Source: a virus
Lineage: Duplodnaviria > Caudoviricetes
Virus record (IMG/VR): IMGVR_UViG_3300035670_000236
Span: 1 to 59,210 of that record
Direction: 5' to 3' (one strand)
DNA: 59,210 bases
How positions within the stretch are numbered: position 1 is the first letter of the stretch; each line of letters begins with the position of its first letter. The translations under genes were made by a program, and so were the position numbers. The notes below the pieces were generated by a model. That model did no database searches, was not told the origin of the DNA, and saw nothing but the letters and a program-made list of their open reading frames with translations. This document shows positions 43,260 to 52,954 of this stretch, piece after piece.

Positions 43260-43508
43260 TTACGCAGCCTCGGTTTCGCGAGTAGCCTTCATTTGTTCGA
43301 ACAGAATAAACTTCGCAACGTTCAATTGTTTGCGAACATATTCAACGGACCTAGGTCCTGCACCCATTGCTAACATTTCTTGGCAATCGGACAGAATACC
43401 AGCAACAACCATTTCTTGACCAGACAATCGTGCAGTCAGAGAATTCATGTATTGCTCACGGACATCCTCAGCGGACATCCCCATAGAGTTACGTTCAAAT
43501 TCCGTCAT
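43260..43508 (-). CDS. Hypothetical protein
   Basis: First gene after promoter; start trimmed. Confidence 0.7.
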   Translation of the reverse strand: MTEFERNSMGMSAEDVREQYMNSLTARLSGQEMVVAGILSDCQEMLAMGAGPRSVEYVRKQLNVAKFILFEQMKATRETEAA

Positions 43509-43537
43509 TTCGTATCCTTTTCTCACTCAACAGACTA

Positions 43538-43566
43538 CAGTATATCACACTCGGAGGGAAAGTCAA
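43538..43566 (-). promoter_or_regulatory. Sigma70-type early promoter
   Basis: TTGACT...TGATATACT. Confidence 0.7.
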
Positions 43567-43600
43567 CAACTATTTTCATAGTGTTGCTTTCCCGCAACAA

Positions 43601-43933
43601 TCAGACAAGGTACATAGGACCAGTCCAGCGAATTTCGTAGCCACCGTCCAGAATGTTACCGCGAGCGGCGTTTCGTGCGGGAGCAGCCCAACCAGCAGCC
43701 TTGAGAATGTCGCCTTTGCGGAATTTCTTATCCTTGTCGGTGTTCACAATGAAACCCCAAACAGAGGAACCAGTAATCACCTTGATATACTTGCTACCTT
43801 CGGCAATTCGAATGCCGTTGATAAACTCATCAAGCATCCTTGCTTGAATCTCGGTGCGAGGTTTGCTTTGCCAACCTTCGTAGTCGGCAATAATGTCATT
43901 CTTAAGGGTTTCGAGTGCGGTTTCCATATTCAT
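43601..43933 (-). CDS. Conserved early phage protein (GDILKAAGWAAPA..ARGNI)
   Basis: Motif; start trimmed to after the promoter. Confidence 0.75.
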   Translation of the reverse strand: MNMETALETLKNDIIADYEGWQSKPRTEIQARMLDEFINGIRIAEGSKYIKVITGSSVWGFIVNTDKDKKFRKGDILKAAGWAAPARNAARGNILDGGYEIRWTGPMYLV

Positions 43934-43964
43934 ATCAAGACCTCTTTCGTTCATCACAGAGTCT

Positions 43965-43992
43965 AGTATAGCACAGTCGGTACCCATGTCAA
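43965..43992 (-). promoter_or_regulatory. Sigma70-type early promoter
   Basis: TTGACA...TGCTATACT. Confidence 0.75.
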
Positions 43993-44080
43993 GGGTTTTC
44001 CACAAAAAAGTGAAAAAATATGTTGTGTAAAAACAACAACTTAGGGATTTGTTGGGTTTTTGTTGCAAAAAAGCAACAAA

Positions 44081-44185
44081 ATTAGGGCGGTTTTGGGCGG
44101 TTTTTAGGGTGGGGGTGATATCAGACACTATCCAGACAGAGAAAACCGCCTAGAGGGCGGTTTTAGGCGTTGTCCGGTCGAGTCT
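44081..44185. repeat. GC-rich palindromic element B (related to 24296-24430)
   Basis: GGCGGTTTT x3, GGGGGTGATATC, AAAACCGCC. Confidence 0.6.
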
Positions 44186-44444
44186 TAGAAGTCGGAATGC
44201 CTATGTTGGCAAGCATTTCTCTTGCCTCATTGAGTTCCGATTGTTCCGCAGCAGAATCACAAAGTCTAAGGTGATACATTGCCATAAGTTCTAAAGCATA
44301 ATTCAAGTCATCTTGACTAACCACTTGCATCCATTGTTTGATAGTCGATTTAGATGAAGTCAACAAAAAATTCAAGTTATCCAAATCTCTCTGTGAGAGA
44401 CCATCGTAGTCTTTACCGCTATTGGTAATCTTCGAATTCATCAA
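44163..44444 (-). CDS. Hypothetical protein
   Basis: RDLDNLNFLL...DDLNYALEL. Confidence 0.65.
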   Translation of the reverse strand: MMNSKITNSGKDYDGLSQRDLDNLNFLLTSSKSTIKQWMQVVSQDDLNYALELMAMYHLRLCDSAAEQSELNEAREMLANIGIPTSKTRPDNA

Positions 44445-44604
44445 AGTCCTCTTCCCTCATATTTTTTGGATCAAGAAAACGAAATTTCTTTTTCATCTTG
44501 TCCTTGTTTTTTCGGGTGACCTCTGGAGCCTTGGGCTTTTTTCGAGGGCGTTCTTCATCCTCATAGAATTCACGAAAACTGTTATACTTTTTAGTTTTAG
44601 CCAT
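44419..44604 (-). CDS. Small charged protein
   Basis: 61-aa ORF. Confidence 0.6.
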   Translation of the reverse strand: MAKTKKYNSFREFYEDEERPRKKPKAPEVTRKNKDKMKKKFRFLDPKNMREEDFDEFEDYQ

Positions 44605-44609
44605 GACTT

Positions 44610-45056
44610 TTACGCTTCTTTTTCTCCTAGAAAAACTTCTGGTAGTGCTTCCTCTACCAACTTCCTTGTGATGCCTTTATACTTCAATTTCTTATCTTTA
44701 ACTTGAAGAACCAACTCCGCTTCTTCTGGAGTTACTGCTTCAAGAATTTCGATAAAGATTTTTTCTTTCTTGATCTTGTTCAAATTAGATGACGGAAGCA
44801 AATATTCTAGTTTACGAATTTCTGCGGGAAGTCGATTCATACCCATATTCTCTGGCACTTCCATTTTATTGAACGGAGGTGAACCAGCAGGCAAATCAAA
44901 CTTTGCGTCTTTTCTAAAGACATACCACATCAAGACCTTTACCTCTTTGCGTAAATTTCCAATCTGTTTCAGAGCATCGGTGCGTTTAGCAGTCGGCAAC
45001 TCAGAGACATGCTGAAAAATTTCAGGTAGTGTCATTTTACTAATATCAATAGCCAT
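44610..45056 (-). CDS. Conserved T4-like protein downstream of rnh
   Basis: LP.G.PPF, KEKIFIEILE...EAELV..KDK. Confidence 0.75.
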   Translation of the reverse strand: MAIDISKMTLPEIFQHVSELPTAKRTDALKQIGNLRKEVKVLMWYVFRKDAKFDLPAGSPPFNKMEVPENMGMNRLPAEIRKLEYLLPSSNLNKIKKEKIFIEILEAVTPEEAELVLQVKDKKLKYKGITRKLVEEALPEVFLGEKEA

Positions 45057-45058
45057 TG

Positions 45059-45925
45059 TTAAAATTCCTGTATGTGTTCCATCAGCATTTTCATACGATG
45101 TTTAATTAAATAGTCGAAAATCTTCTCTCTGCCATTTGTCTTGGCAGTCTTGTATGTATCCAGAATCTTTTGCTTGAATTCTTGAGGAATCTTACTCAAG
45201 TCAATCAGCATTTCATTCCTACGATAATTTCTAAGCATATTCTCATCGCAGAATGCTTCAGGTTCTTGATCCATCCAACTATTTAGTTTTTTCTCAGTTA
45301 CAGGTTTCTGCCGGCTTTCAGTAACAAAGCAATCATCACCGCTAAGAAAATTAGGAATCCCATCGCTTCTATCTCCCTTTATGATATGTTCTTTTAAGAA
45401 TTTATCAGGAGAATTGTTGCGAATAAACTTCTTTGCCATGGGGCTGTATTGATCAACATTGACAAACTTTTGCAATTGTTGAAAGTCTTTATCGCTTGAG
45501 AGAATCAGAATTTTCTCAGTATCAGCATTCTTCAGATAAACACCATACTCATGGCAAAGTGTGCCGATAACGTCATCGGCTTCAGTCTTCTCAACTTGAA
45601 TAACCTTGTAAGGAAAGTTCTCGCGAATTTCATCACGGACTTTATTCAGAGTTTCAAAAATTAGATTCCAGTCAAATGGGGATGCTTCGCGGTCCTTCTT
45701 ACGGGATGCTTTGTAATACGGAAAGATATCTCTGCGCCAATACTTTTTGTCGTCGGAACAGATAACCATTTCGCCATATTCATCCTTGAATTTGACGTTA
45801 TACATTCTCAGCGAATTGAGAACCATGTGACGAATCAGGTTTTCATCAATCTGATTTGCAGCATTGGAATTTACCTGCATCATCAGGTTTGCAATCATGA
45901 CCTGATTCAAGTCAACTAAAATCAT
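45059..45925 (-). CDS. rnh: T4-type RNase H (5'-3' exonuclease)
   Basis: LVDLNQ, YWRRDIFPYYK, EADDVI, SSDKDF.QL, GDRSDGIPN. Confidence 0.95.
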   Translation of the reverse strand: MILVDLNQVMIANLMMQVNSNAANQIDENLIRHMVLNSLRMYNVKFKDEYGEMVICSDDKKYWRRDIFPYYKASRKKDREASPFDWNLIFETLNKVRDEIRENFPYKVIQVEKTEADDVIGTLCHEYGVYLKNADTEKILILSSDKDFQQLQKFVNVDQYSPMAKKFIRNNSPDKFLKEHIIKGDRSDGIPNFLSGDDCFVTESRQKPVTEKKLNSWMDQEPEAFCDENMLRNYRRNEMLIDLSKIPQEFKQKILDTYKTAKTNGREKIFDYLIKHRMKMLMEHIQEF

Positions 45926-46470
45926 GTTTTTTCTTCCTCATCCGCCCATTCGGCAGTTTTGTTTCGATAGTGTGCTGCTTCTTCGCCATATCGTTCATCA
46001 GCATGTTTCTCGCAAAGAGTTTGATGCCAACCCATGGTATAAGTCATACCAGGCGCGCCGCATTCTTCGCACGTTCTATGGCTCAATGCTTCTGCAAAAC
46101 TAATATAATTATACTGTCTTTCGGTTGCCCTGTCAACGTAGAATCGAAGTCCACCAAACTTTTCTTTCACTTGCACAGCCACCGGACAAGGATTTTCATC
46201 AAGTTCTTTCTGCGCCTTGTCAATATCCTCTTGGGTTACAAACTTGCCTTTCCAAAGTTCTTTACCAAAATTGTTGCGATAATATTCTAGACGATCTTTG
46301 GCGCGTCTATGTTCAGCAGACAGCATCCACGATAGAGCGTCAATAAGTTGATACCAACCATCGCCACAAGAGAAACCCCAACACATAAGAGTTTCTTTCA
46401 TGTTGCCATGCCTATCGCGGTAAAGTTCTGGATAATTGGCTACCAGTTTAGCGTCAAGTTCTTCGTTCAT
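45922..46470 (-). CDS. Conserved phage protein (QVKEKFGGLRFY, CxxC)
   Basis: Motif recognition. Confidence 0.75.
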   Translation of the reverse strand: MNEELDAKLVANYPELYRDRHGNMKETLMCWGFSCGDGWYQLIDALSWMLSAEHRRAKDRLEYYRNNFGKELWKGKFVTQEDIDKAQKELDENPCPVAVQVKEKFGGLRFYVDRATERQYNYISFAEALSHRTCEECGAPGMTYTMGWHQTLCEKHADERYGEEAAHYRNKTAEWADEEEKT

Positions 46471-46512
46471 ACCAATCCTTAGTTAATCTATAGAGTAATT
46501 ATATCAACAAAA

Positions 46513-47001
46513 TTAATCGTTGTCAACATACTCTCGATATTCGGTGGTAGGTGTGTATGGAAAAGTTACTGACACTCTACTTTCTCTTCCGGTAAAATAC
46601 GACTTGTGTTTATCCCCGTTTTCATCTACATACCAGTCATAAAAAACAATACCATTGATATCATATGCACCTTCGTTATCTTTGAACACATGACCACATC
46701 GCTTGTTCTGCCAAAGCGGTCCGCCATTCTGTTCTGCAACATTGACCCATTCCCAATCTTCGCCAGTCAATGGCACGATAGGTTCGAAAGAAGCAAGTTT
46801 CTTAAAAAGATTAATTGCATAGGGCGCACTAGAGCCAGAGTGTCCTTCTCCATCAAACACTTCAAGCAACTTCAATACATGATCACAAATCATTTCTTGC
46901 ATTTCATCATTGAAGTTTCCATTTTCGTCAGTCCAACCGGCTGCACGAAATTCTTCTTTAGCGTGACGTTCATAGTTATTCATTGTATTCTCCTTTTTCA
47001 T
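46513..47001 (-). CDS. Conserved phage protein (GHSGSSA...PLTG..EW)
   Basis: Motif recognition. Confidence 0.75.
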   Translation of the reverse strand: MKKENTMNNYERHAKEEFRAAGWTDENGNFNDEMQEMICDHVLKLLEVFDGEGHSGSSAPYAINLFKKLASFEPIVPLTGEDWEWVNVAEQNGGPLWQNKRCGHVFKDNEGAYDINGIVFYDWYVDENGDKHKSYFTGRESRVSVTFPYTPTTEYREYVDND

Positions 47002-47344
47002 TCTTTAGTGCTGGCTTGCGGCGCAGCAGTCTAGAAATTTTCCATCCTAATTGTGAGTGTGCGTGACGAATTCCAAATGTAATGCGAAACCAAGGTAAAA
47101 CTGCACCAACATAGATTCCATCAAAACTGATTCCTGCATCTAAACCAAATGAAAAATGTTCCATTGTCCATACATGAAGAAACAACCAATGTAATGACCA
47201 AGCGTTTGCATTGTATTCATCACCCCTGCGATATTCAAATCTAGGAACTAATGGACATGCATCATTACACCAAAGTTTGTGTAGCGGATAATGTTCCCAC
47301 CAATATTTTTCACGATAAGCAACTTCACTCATGGCGCAACCCAT
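46976..47344 (-). CDS. Hypothetical Trp-rich protein
   Basis: Packed ORF. Confidence 0.6.
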   Translation of the reverse strand: MGCAMSEVAYREKYWWEHYPLHKLWCNDACPLVPRFEYRRGDEYNANAWSLHWLFLHVWTMEHFSFGLDAGISFDGIYVGAVLPWFRITFGIRHAHSQLGWKISRLLRRKPALKNEKGEYNE

Positions 47345-47913
47345 CCTCTTTCTTTATACTTCTCAACTCTGGCAAATTTAACATCACCTCTATAGTTAGG
47401 ATTCATAACAATTTTCTTTTCGCGAATAGATTCGAATTGTTTGCGTGAAATATAGAATTTCCTTTCACTCAACTTGTAGTAAGGCATACAATGAATGAAG
47501 TCAAAATGAGTTCTTGCGACTTCAGCAGTAGCCCTAGTAATCACTTGAATACCATTCTCAAAAGTAACAGCATTTTCAGTAATCACTTTACCACCAGTTG
47601 TTTCGAATTCACGGTAGTTAGGATTAGCATCAGCAATCACCCGTCTAACAGGACCGTCACTCTTAATCATTACATCAAACTCTTTAATTGCTTCTTCATT
47701 CTCAAGATACACATCCCAATCGTTAGGTTGCTTAGAATGAAAAATAGATGAAACGCATCCACCAGTAATAGTTCCAGCAGTAAGAATAAGATTCTGTAGA
47801 TTGCGCGGCATCATACCTAGCAGTCCACCAAAGTCACTATAAATCTTTTCCTTTACGGAAATGATGCTTGCAATTTCAAGTTCAGAGAAATTATCTCTAG
47901 CAAGGGTAGTCAT
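47329..47913 (-). CDS. Nucleotidyltransferase-like protein (CCA/polyA polymerase head-like)
   Basis: ITGGC...PNDWDVY, FDF.HC, R..KY..RGW. Confidence 0.6.
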   Translation of the reverse strand: MTTLARDNFSELEIASIISVKEKIYSDFGGLLGMMPRNLQNLILTAGTITGGCVSSIFHSKQPNDWDVYLENEEAIKEFDVMIKSDGPVRRVIADANPNYREFETTGGKVITENAVTFENGIQVITRATAEVARTHFDFIHCMPYYKLSERKFYISRKQFESIREKKIVMNPNYRGDVKFARVEKYKERGWVAP

Positions 47914-48134
47914 AGTTTATTTCCTAATTGATCAGTTTCACATGCCCAATGAACAACGCACCAATCTTCGATGCATCGTTCGCGTGTTGCAATATCACCT
48001 TTTCCTGCTTCAATCATTTTTGTGAACCAGTAGGTGTAATATGATTTGATGATTTGATCTTCAGACCATGTTTCTTGCACATGTTGATCAAACTCACCAG
48101 GAAAAACAATAGTCCAATACTTCACGAAAACCAC
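47910..48134 (-). CDS. Hypothetical protein
   Basis: CIEDWCVVHWA. Confidence 0.65.
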   Translation of the reverse strand: MVFVKYWTIVFPGEFDQHVQETWSEDQIIKSYYTYWFTKMIEAGKGDIATRERCIEDWCVVHWACETDQLGNKL

Positions 48135-48505
48135 CTAGAACAAAAAGCATAACCATCTTCATCATCCCAATCGTATTCGGGATTGAACCATGGTCGCTTA
48201 TCAATTTTTCCTTGTTCGTTGTGTTGAAGATTCTTGCGCCCATCTTCACGCACATAACCAGGCGCTTTGTGTGTTTCAATAAAATTGACAAACCAATCAT
48301 AGTCTATTCGTTCGCCATACTCATCCATGATGATTTGGTTTTTGAGAAATTCTTTCCATGCACGCCAAGACACCAATCGCTCTTCACGATAGCCTTGAAA
48401 TGAGAATGCCCAACCGTATGACGATTTTCCGATATGATATTCTTCATCATAGCGATTGCAACATTCACACAGATTCTTCGCAACATAATAATTGGTGCCC
48501 ATCAC
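48122..48505 (-). CDS. Conserved phage protein (MGTNYY...HIGKSS.GW.F)
   Basis: Motif recognition. Confidence 0.75.
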   Translation of the reverse strand: MMGTNYYVAKNLCECCNRYDEEYHIGKSSYGWAFSFQGYREERLVSWRAWKEFLKNQIIMDEYGERIDYDWFVNFIETHKAPGYVREDGRKNLQHNEQGKIDKRPWFNPEYDWDDEDGYAFCSRWFS

Positions 48506-49635
48506 AAGACCCTTACAATAACGGTATCTTCATTCAATCGACCGGTGGCGGCAGATTCTTTCGTAGTCAACTCTGTCATCAACTTACGCAGAACAACTTT
48601 ACCACCACTCAAAACATTCTTAATAGTCACTTCTGGTTTGCGTAGTCGCTTACTGATTGAAGTGGCTTCTTCAAAGTTTTGTAGTGTAGTGCCTTTAACA
48701 GTCAGACCCTTTGCATTGTTCGCATTGTAAACGGACAATGTGCGAGTCTTTGTATTGAATGTCCAGACTTGTAGCGCACCAATCATCTTTTCTGGATTGG
48801 TACTTACAATGCCAAGTTCGGCAAACTCTTTCATGTATTTTACTTTTGATACAAGCACACTTGCAGGCTTTTCTTTAACCTTGCGCTTCTTACGAATAGG
48901 CTTGTTTTCTACACTCAGTTTGTTTGCACCAAGAACGATTGAATCCAAGAAATCCTTGAATCTCTTAAGTTCAGGTTTTGTGAAATTCGAATACCCTTCG
49001 ACCAACTGTTCGTCAGCGCCAGCGATTGCATCGCGAATTTCTTCAGACACACTAACGTAGTAATCACACACTTTCTTTGCGACAACGGAAGACATACTGC
49101 GAGACTTTAGATAGTTCTCCATGTCAATATTTGTCTTACACTTATTCGTCACAAAGTCATCGACCATACCTTCAAGTTCAGCAATCTCTTCACTCGCCTT
49201 TTCGCGAATTCGATCTTGAATAGAAACAACAACCGTAGGTGTTGCCGCATTTTCTTTTTCTTTTTTCTCGGTGTAATTTTGCTTTGCTTTAGATAGCAAT
49301 GCTTTGAATTGTTCTACGAATCGATTGCGAACATTTTCATCAGGCGTATATCCTAGGCACATCATTCGTGCTAGTTTGCCTGTGGTTGCATTCATTTCAG
49401 AATCAGTCAGGGAGCGAATCAAAGCAATTTCATCTTTGCTTCGACCAACGCTTTGCATGTATTCTAAAAGAAATTGTTTTGCTTGTTTAGTGTCGGTGAA
49501 ATAACTGTACCAGTTTAATGCTGCGGATAGCGCACTACGCTTTTGTTCTTCCGACATAGAATCTTGGCTGGACCAAGAAGGCTCTTGACCCAACCACTTC
49601 TCTTCACCACCGGTCGAAATTTTCGACAGTTTCAT
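48502..49635 (-). CDS. Conserved T4-like hypothetical protein
   Basis: 377 aa; NWYSYF, EGY, FNTKTR.L, KGTTL, LRKP, GRLN. Confidence 0.75.
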   Translation of the reverse strand: MKLSKISTGGEEKWLGQEPSWSSQDSMSEEQKRSALSAALNWYSYFTDTKQAKQFLLEYMQSVGRSKDEIALIRSLTDSEMNATTGKLARMMCLGYTPDENVRNRFVEQFKALLSKAKQNYTEKKEKENAATPTVVVSIQDRIREKASEEIAELEGMVDDFVTNKCKTNIDMENYLKSRSMSSVVAKKVCDYYVSVSEEIRDAIAGADEQLVEGYSNFTKPELKRFKDFLDSIVLGANKLSVENKPIRKKRKVKEKPASVLVSKVKYMKEFAELGIVSTNPEKMIGALQVWTFNTKTRTLSVYNANNAKGLTVKGTTLQNFEEATSISKRLRKPEVTIKNVLSGGKVVLRKLMTELTTKESAATGRLNEDTVIVRVL

Positions 49636-49638
49636 TTT

Positions 49639-49974
49639 TTATCCTATAGTAAATTCGATCTTCCGAATAGAGTCATAGCGAAAGGAACGCCATTCATTCT
49701 TTTCCAAGTCAACTACAGAAAGTGTATCGTCATTAGATGCACGAACACGTTCAGTTTTCTTTTCATAAGAAGGCATGTGTTCTTCACGCAATGAACATTT
49801 CATAACACGCATTGTACCATCTTTCTTTTGGAAAGTCAATGTCGCGGTTTCGTTCTTTAGAACACCCCTCAGAAATTCTCGGAATTGCTTTTGCTCTTTG
49901 GCGCTAGCCTTTGCATAATAACAATCGTCTTTAGAAATCATTGTATTGATCATATCTTTATCCTCTTGGTTCAT
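49639..49974 (-). CDS. WYL_2/Sm-like beta-barrel protein
   Basis: FQKKDGTMR.M.C...DLEKNEWRSFR. Confidence 0.8.
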   Translation of the reverse strand: MNQEDKDMINTMISKDDCYYAKASAKEQKQFREFLRGVLKNETATLTFQKKDGTMRVMKCSLREEHMPSYEKKTERVRASNDDTLSVVDLEKNEWRSFRYDSIRKIEFTIG

Positions 49975-49975
49975 G

Positions 49976-50353
49976 TTAATTTTTCACCTTTATAAAATCT
50001 CCAGGATCATAATTCAGATTTTCAGAGAAAATCTTGCCCTTATATTCGTAAGTCACTTGGTAGCCGGTTACAACATTCATAATTTGTTCTTCATGAATGA
50101 ACCTGCATTGTACCATATTATTAGGAATAACCTTAATAATATTTTCGTGCCTATCTATATGTATTCGCTCAGTTACTTTTTCACACACTCGCCTTGTTGT
50201 AAGTCTAGGCATATGGTCAATGATCATTGTCTTCGACAAGACCTTTGCCATATACTCTTCGGAATCATTTGACGATCCATCCTTGACCAAAGTAACTTCA
50301 GCACATGCGGAAGTCGCTACAAAAAGTAGCGCATAACAAATTGTGGTTTTCAT
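49976..50353 (-). CDS. YcfJ-like secreted protein (no glycine zipper)
   Basis: Signal peptide; GYQVTYEYKG...DPG. Confidence 0.65.
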   Translation of the reverse strand: MKTTICYALLFVATSACAEVTLVKDGSSNDSEEYMAKVLSKTMIIDHMPRLTTRRVCEKVTERIHIDRHENIIKVIPNNMVQCRFIHEEQIMNVVTGYQVTYEYKGKIFSENLNYDPGDFIKVKN

Positions 50354-50814
50354 TCTAGGACATATACTCGCTTAACAACTTTAACGGATACTCTAGTTCC
50401 AGGATCACGCGCAAGGCGAACGGTACGCAACTCACCGTCATATTCAATCGTTACATTATAACCAGTAATTCGATTGTAATATTCTCTATCGTGATATGTA
50501 GTGCATTGTTCTCTAGGTTCAGTCACATGGTCACCAATCACAGCGCCAGCAATTGCACCTACAACAGTTCCGGCGTCCTTGTCTTTTGCCATACCGCGAC
50601 CAACTGCACCGCCGACAATTGCGCCGACTACAGGACCGCTGTTACTTTGTCTCTCTATCGTAGTGCATGTGGTTCGAGGAACCGTTCGATATGCTGAATT
50701 TGTAATAGGTTCAACACTTAGAACCCTAGCATAGCCATGCGTAACAATTTCTTGTGCCGATGCACTCATTGCAAAACTTGCAACAACTGCACCAATTAGC
50801 ATTTTCATTTTCAT
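50350..50814 (-). CDS. Glycine-zipper 2TM (YcfJ-like) protein
   Basis: GAIVGGAVG...GAIAGAVIG; GYNVT.EY.G...DPG. Confidence 0.85.
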   Translation of the reverse strand: MKMKMLIGAVVASFAMSASAQEIVTHGYARVLSVEPITNSAYRTVPRTTCTTIERQSNSGPVVGAIVGGAVGRGMAKDKDAGTVVGAIAGAVIGDHVTEPREQCTTYHDREYYNRITGYNVTIEYDGELRTVRLARDPGTRVSVKVVKRVYVLE

Positions 50815-51083
50815 GCCTCTTTCGCTTTACTCATAAAGGAACGAATCAAATAAATGAACCAAGCAACAGAAAGAATTTGAGTAAATCCAATCTCAACTAC
50901 TGGTCCGAACAGCACCGTTACCGCAGTCAATGTAATCCATGATGCAATCAAATACCATGCAATCATGAATACAGTAATCAGCCCAAGAAACCATATTGCA
51001 GCCGCTTGTGCATCCTGCGGGTTCATGCCTTTAACGGCATCTTTCAAAATTTTCTTTGCGTCAGTATCCATAACATTCTCCAT
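50811..51083 (-). CDS. Membrane protein
   Basis: Hydrophobic segments. Confidence 0.65.
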   Translation of the reverse strand: MENVMDTDAKKILKDAVKGMNPQDAQAAAIWFLGLITVFMIAWYLIASWITLTAVTVLFGPVVEIGFTQILSVAWFIYLIRSFMSKAKEA

Positions 51084-51125
51084 TCATACGTTACTATAGT
51101 AACATATTTAGAGAGCCGTGTCAAG

Positions 51126-51437
51126 TCAAAAAGTATTCAAGGAAGGTTCCCATGCCGCGATCAATTCACGCTCACGTTGGTGTGCAGGTTTTCTGCCGCG
51201 AACAACTTCAACAACTTCATACTGCCATTCACAATCGGCTAAGTCACGAATTGCTTGGCAAAATGACCAATCTTTAGTTTCGCGCATTGCACGGCTTACA
51301 TGCTTTTGCCAGCGAATCTTAACGGATTTGAGATACGCTTGACCGAGTGCAACAGTCAGTCCGATGTAAGTATCGCCTGTGTCTACGCAAGTCACTTGGT
51401 AGATCACATGGTTTCTGTCAGAACGTTTCTTTCTCAT
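51126..51437 (-). CDS. GIY-YIG-like small nuclease
   Basis: VIYQV...YIGLT...RW.KH...E..LN; start trimmed. Confidence 0.75.
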   Translation of the reverse strand: MRKKRSDRNHVIYQVTCVDTGDTYIGLTVALGQAYLKSVKIRWQKHVSRAMRETKDWSFCQAIRDLADCEWQYEVVEVVRGRKPAHQRERELIAAWEPSLNTF

Positions 51438-51445
51438 ATATGCAT

Positions 51446-51473
51446 AGTATACCACAACTGTAGGCTTTGTCAA
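51446..51473 (-). promoter_or_regulatory. Sigma70-type early promoter
   Basis: TTGACA...TGGTATACT. Confidence 0.75.
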
Positions 51474-51676
51474 GGGTTTTTTTCGGCTTGTTGCACAAAA
51501 ACAACGCCGTAAACCCTTGATTTTTCAATAAGTTAGCACTTACTTACTTTTTAGATTGCCGATTTTCCCTAAATAAGTAGAACCTAACCCCATTGGAGTA
51601 AAAATGAAACTATTTAATTACTGATTGATAATGATGATTACGGCAGAAAAACAAATAAACAAAAGAGAGGAAATAA

Positions 51677-52954
51677 ATGACAACATGCAGAAAGGTCGCA
51701 TTGGCGGCACTTTTTGTTATGATGACTGGAGGCGCGAACGCCCAAACTACATATGATTCTAAAACATTGGTTGATACAAACAATACTTCAACAAGTAACT
51801 CAACGGTAACGTCAAATAATACGAATACCAATACGTCTACTTCGACCTCAAATTCGACTGTAGATAGCACAAGTAATAATACAAACACAAACGTAAATAC
51901 TTCAACGTCTACTTCAACAAACACAAATACCAATATAAATCAAACAACGGTAAGTGGAGAGACAACAGTAAATAACGTCAACTCCGGAACAATGACATAC
52001 AATAACAATAATGTCAATTCCGGAACAATGACATACAATAACAATAATAACACCACATCAACAAATACAAACACAAACAATAATATTAATCAGAACATTA
52101 ATAGTGGAACTCAGACATTTAATAATAATAATGTCAGCAGCAGCACTTCAACTTCCACAAACGTGAATACAAATAATAATATTAATAGCGGCGACCAAAC
52201 AATTAGAAATGTTATGAGTGGTGGCACTAATAATACAAACGTAAATACAAACACAAACATCAATACGTCAACATCTACCAGCGATAATACTAATCGTAAT
52301 ATCAATACTGGTGACATGACAAATCGAAACATTAATACGTCTACAAGCACCAACGATAATACAAATCGTAATATTAATACTGGTGACATGACAAATCGAA
52401 ACATTAATACTTCAACTTCGACAAGCAATAATACAAATAACAATAACAATGTAAACACTAATACGTCTGACAATAGAAACGTTAATATTCAGCAGGGAGA
52501 AATGACAAACCGAAATATTAACGACACTACTATTAGACAGATTATGCCACCACCAACTGCGATTGCACCAGCAATGATGAGTGGAGGTAATAATGATTTG
52601 TGTACCACAGGAACATCTGGCTCAGTTCAGACACAGATTCTTGGTGTTTCTTCAGGCGGAACAGTTAGAGATTTGAATTGCGAAAGACTGAAGAATGCTA
52701 AGACACTTTATGACATGGGTATGAAAGTTGCAGCCGTTGCAACGCTATGTCAAGATAGAAGAGTGTTTGATGCAATGTGGCACGCCGGAACACCATGCCC
52801 ATATGAGGGAACAATTGGTGTTGCTGCGAGAATGGCATGGGAACAAAATCCAGATAAAATTCCAAAATCAGAGGAACCAAAGAGTGATGATTTCTATAAG
52901 AAGACTGGCTTCGGCGCTTTGCTTGGCGCTCTGCTTTTCGGTCTCGTTAAGTAA
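51677..52954 (+). CDS. Secreted Asn/Thr-rich repeat protein with Cys-containing C-terminal domain
   Basis: Signal peptide, N/T/S low complexity, PPPTAIAP...C...CERLK..K.LYDMGMKVAAVA.LCQD..VF.AM..AGTPCP, C-terminal hydrophobic tail. Confidence 0.8.
   Translation: MTTCRKVALAALFVMMTGGANAQTTYDSKTLVDTNNTSTSNSTVTSNNTNTNTSTSTSNSTVDSTSNNTNTNVNTSTSTSTNTNTNINQTTVSGETTVNNVNSGTMTYNNNNVNSGTMTYNNNNNTTSTNTNTNNNINQNINSGTQTFNNNNVSSSTSTSTNVNTNNNINSGDQTIRNVMSGGTNNTNVNTNTNINTSTSTSDNTNRNINTGDMTNRNINTSTSTNDNTNRNINTGDMTNRNINTSTSTSNNTNNNNNVNTNTSDNRNVNIQQGEMTNRNINDTTIRQIMPPPTAIAPAMMSGGNNDLCTTGTSGSVQTQILGVSSGGTVRDLNCERLKNAKTLYDMGMKVAAVATLCQDRRVFDAMWHAGTPCPYEGTIGVAARMAWEQNPDKIPKSEEPKSDDFYKKTGFGALLGALLFGLVK

Noticed and set aside
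51126-51437. Homing endonuclease in an intron
   Set aside because: Short free-standing GIY-YIG-like gene with its own promoter; no interrupted host gene
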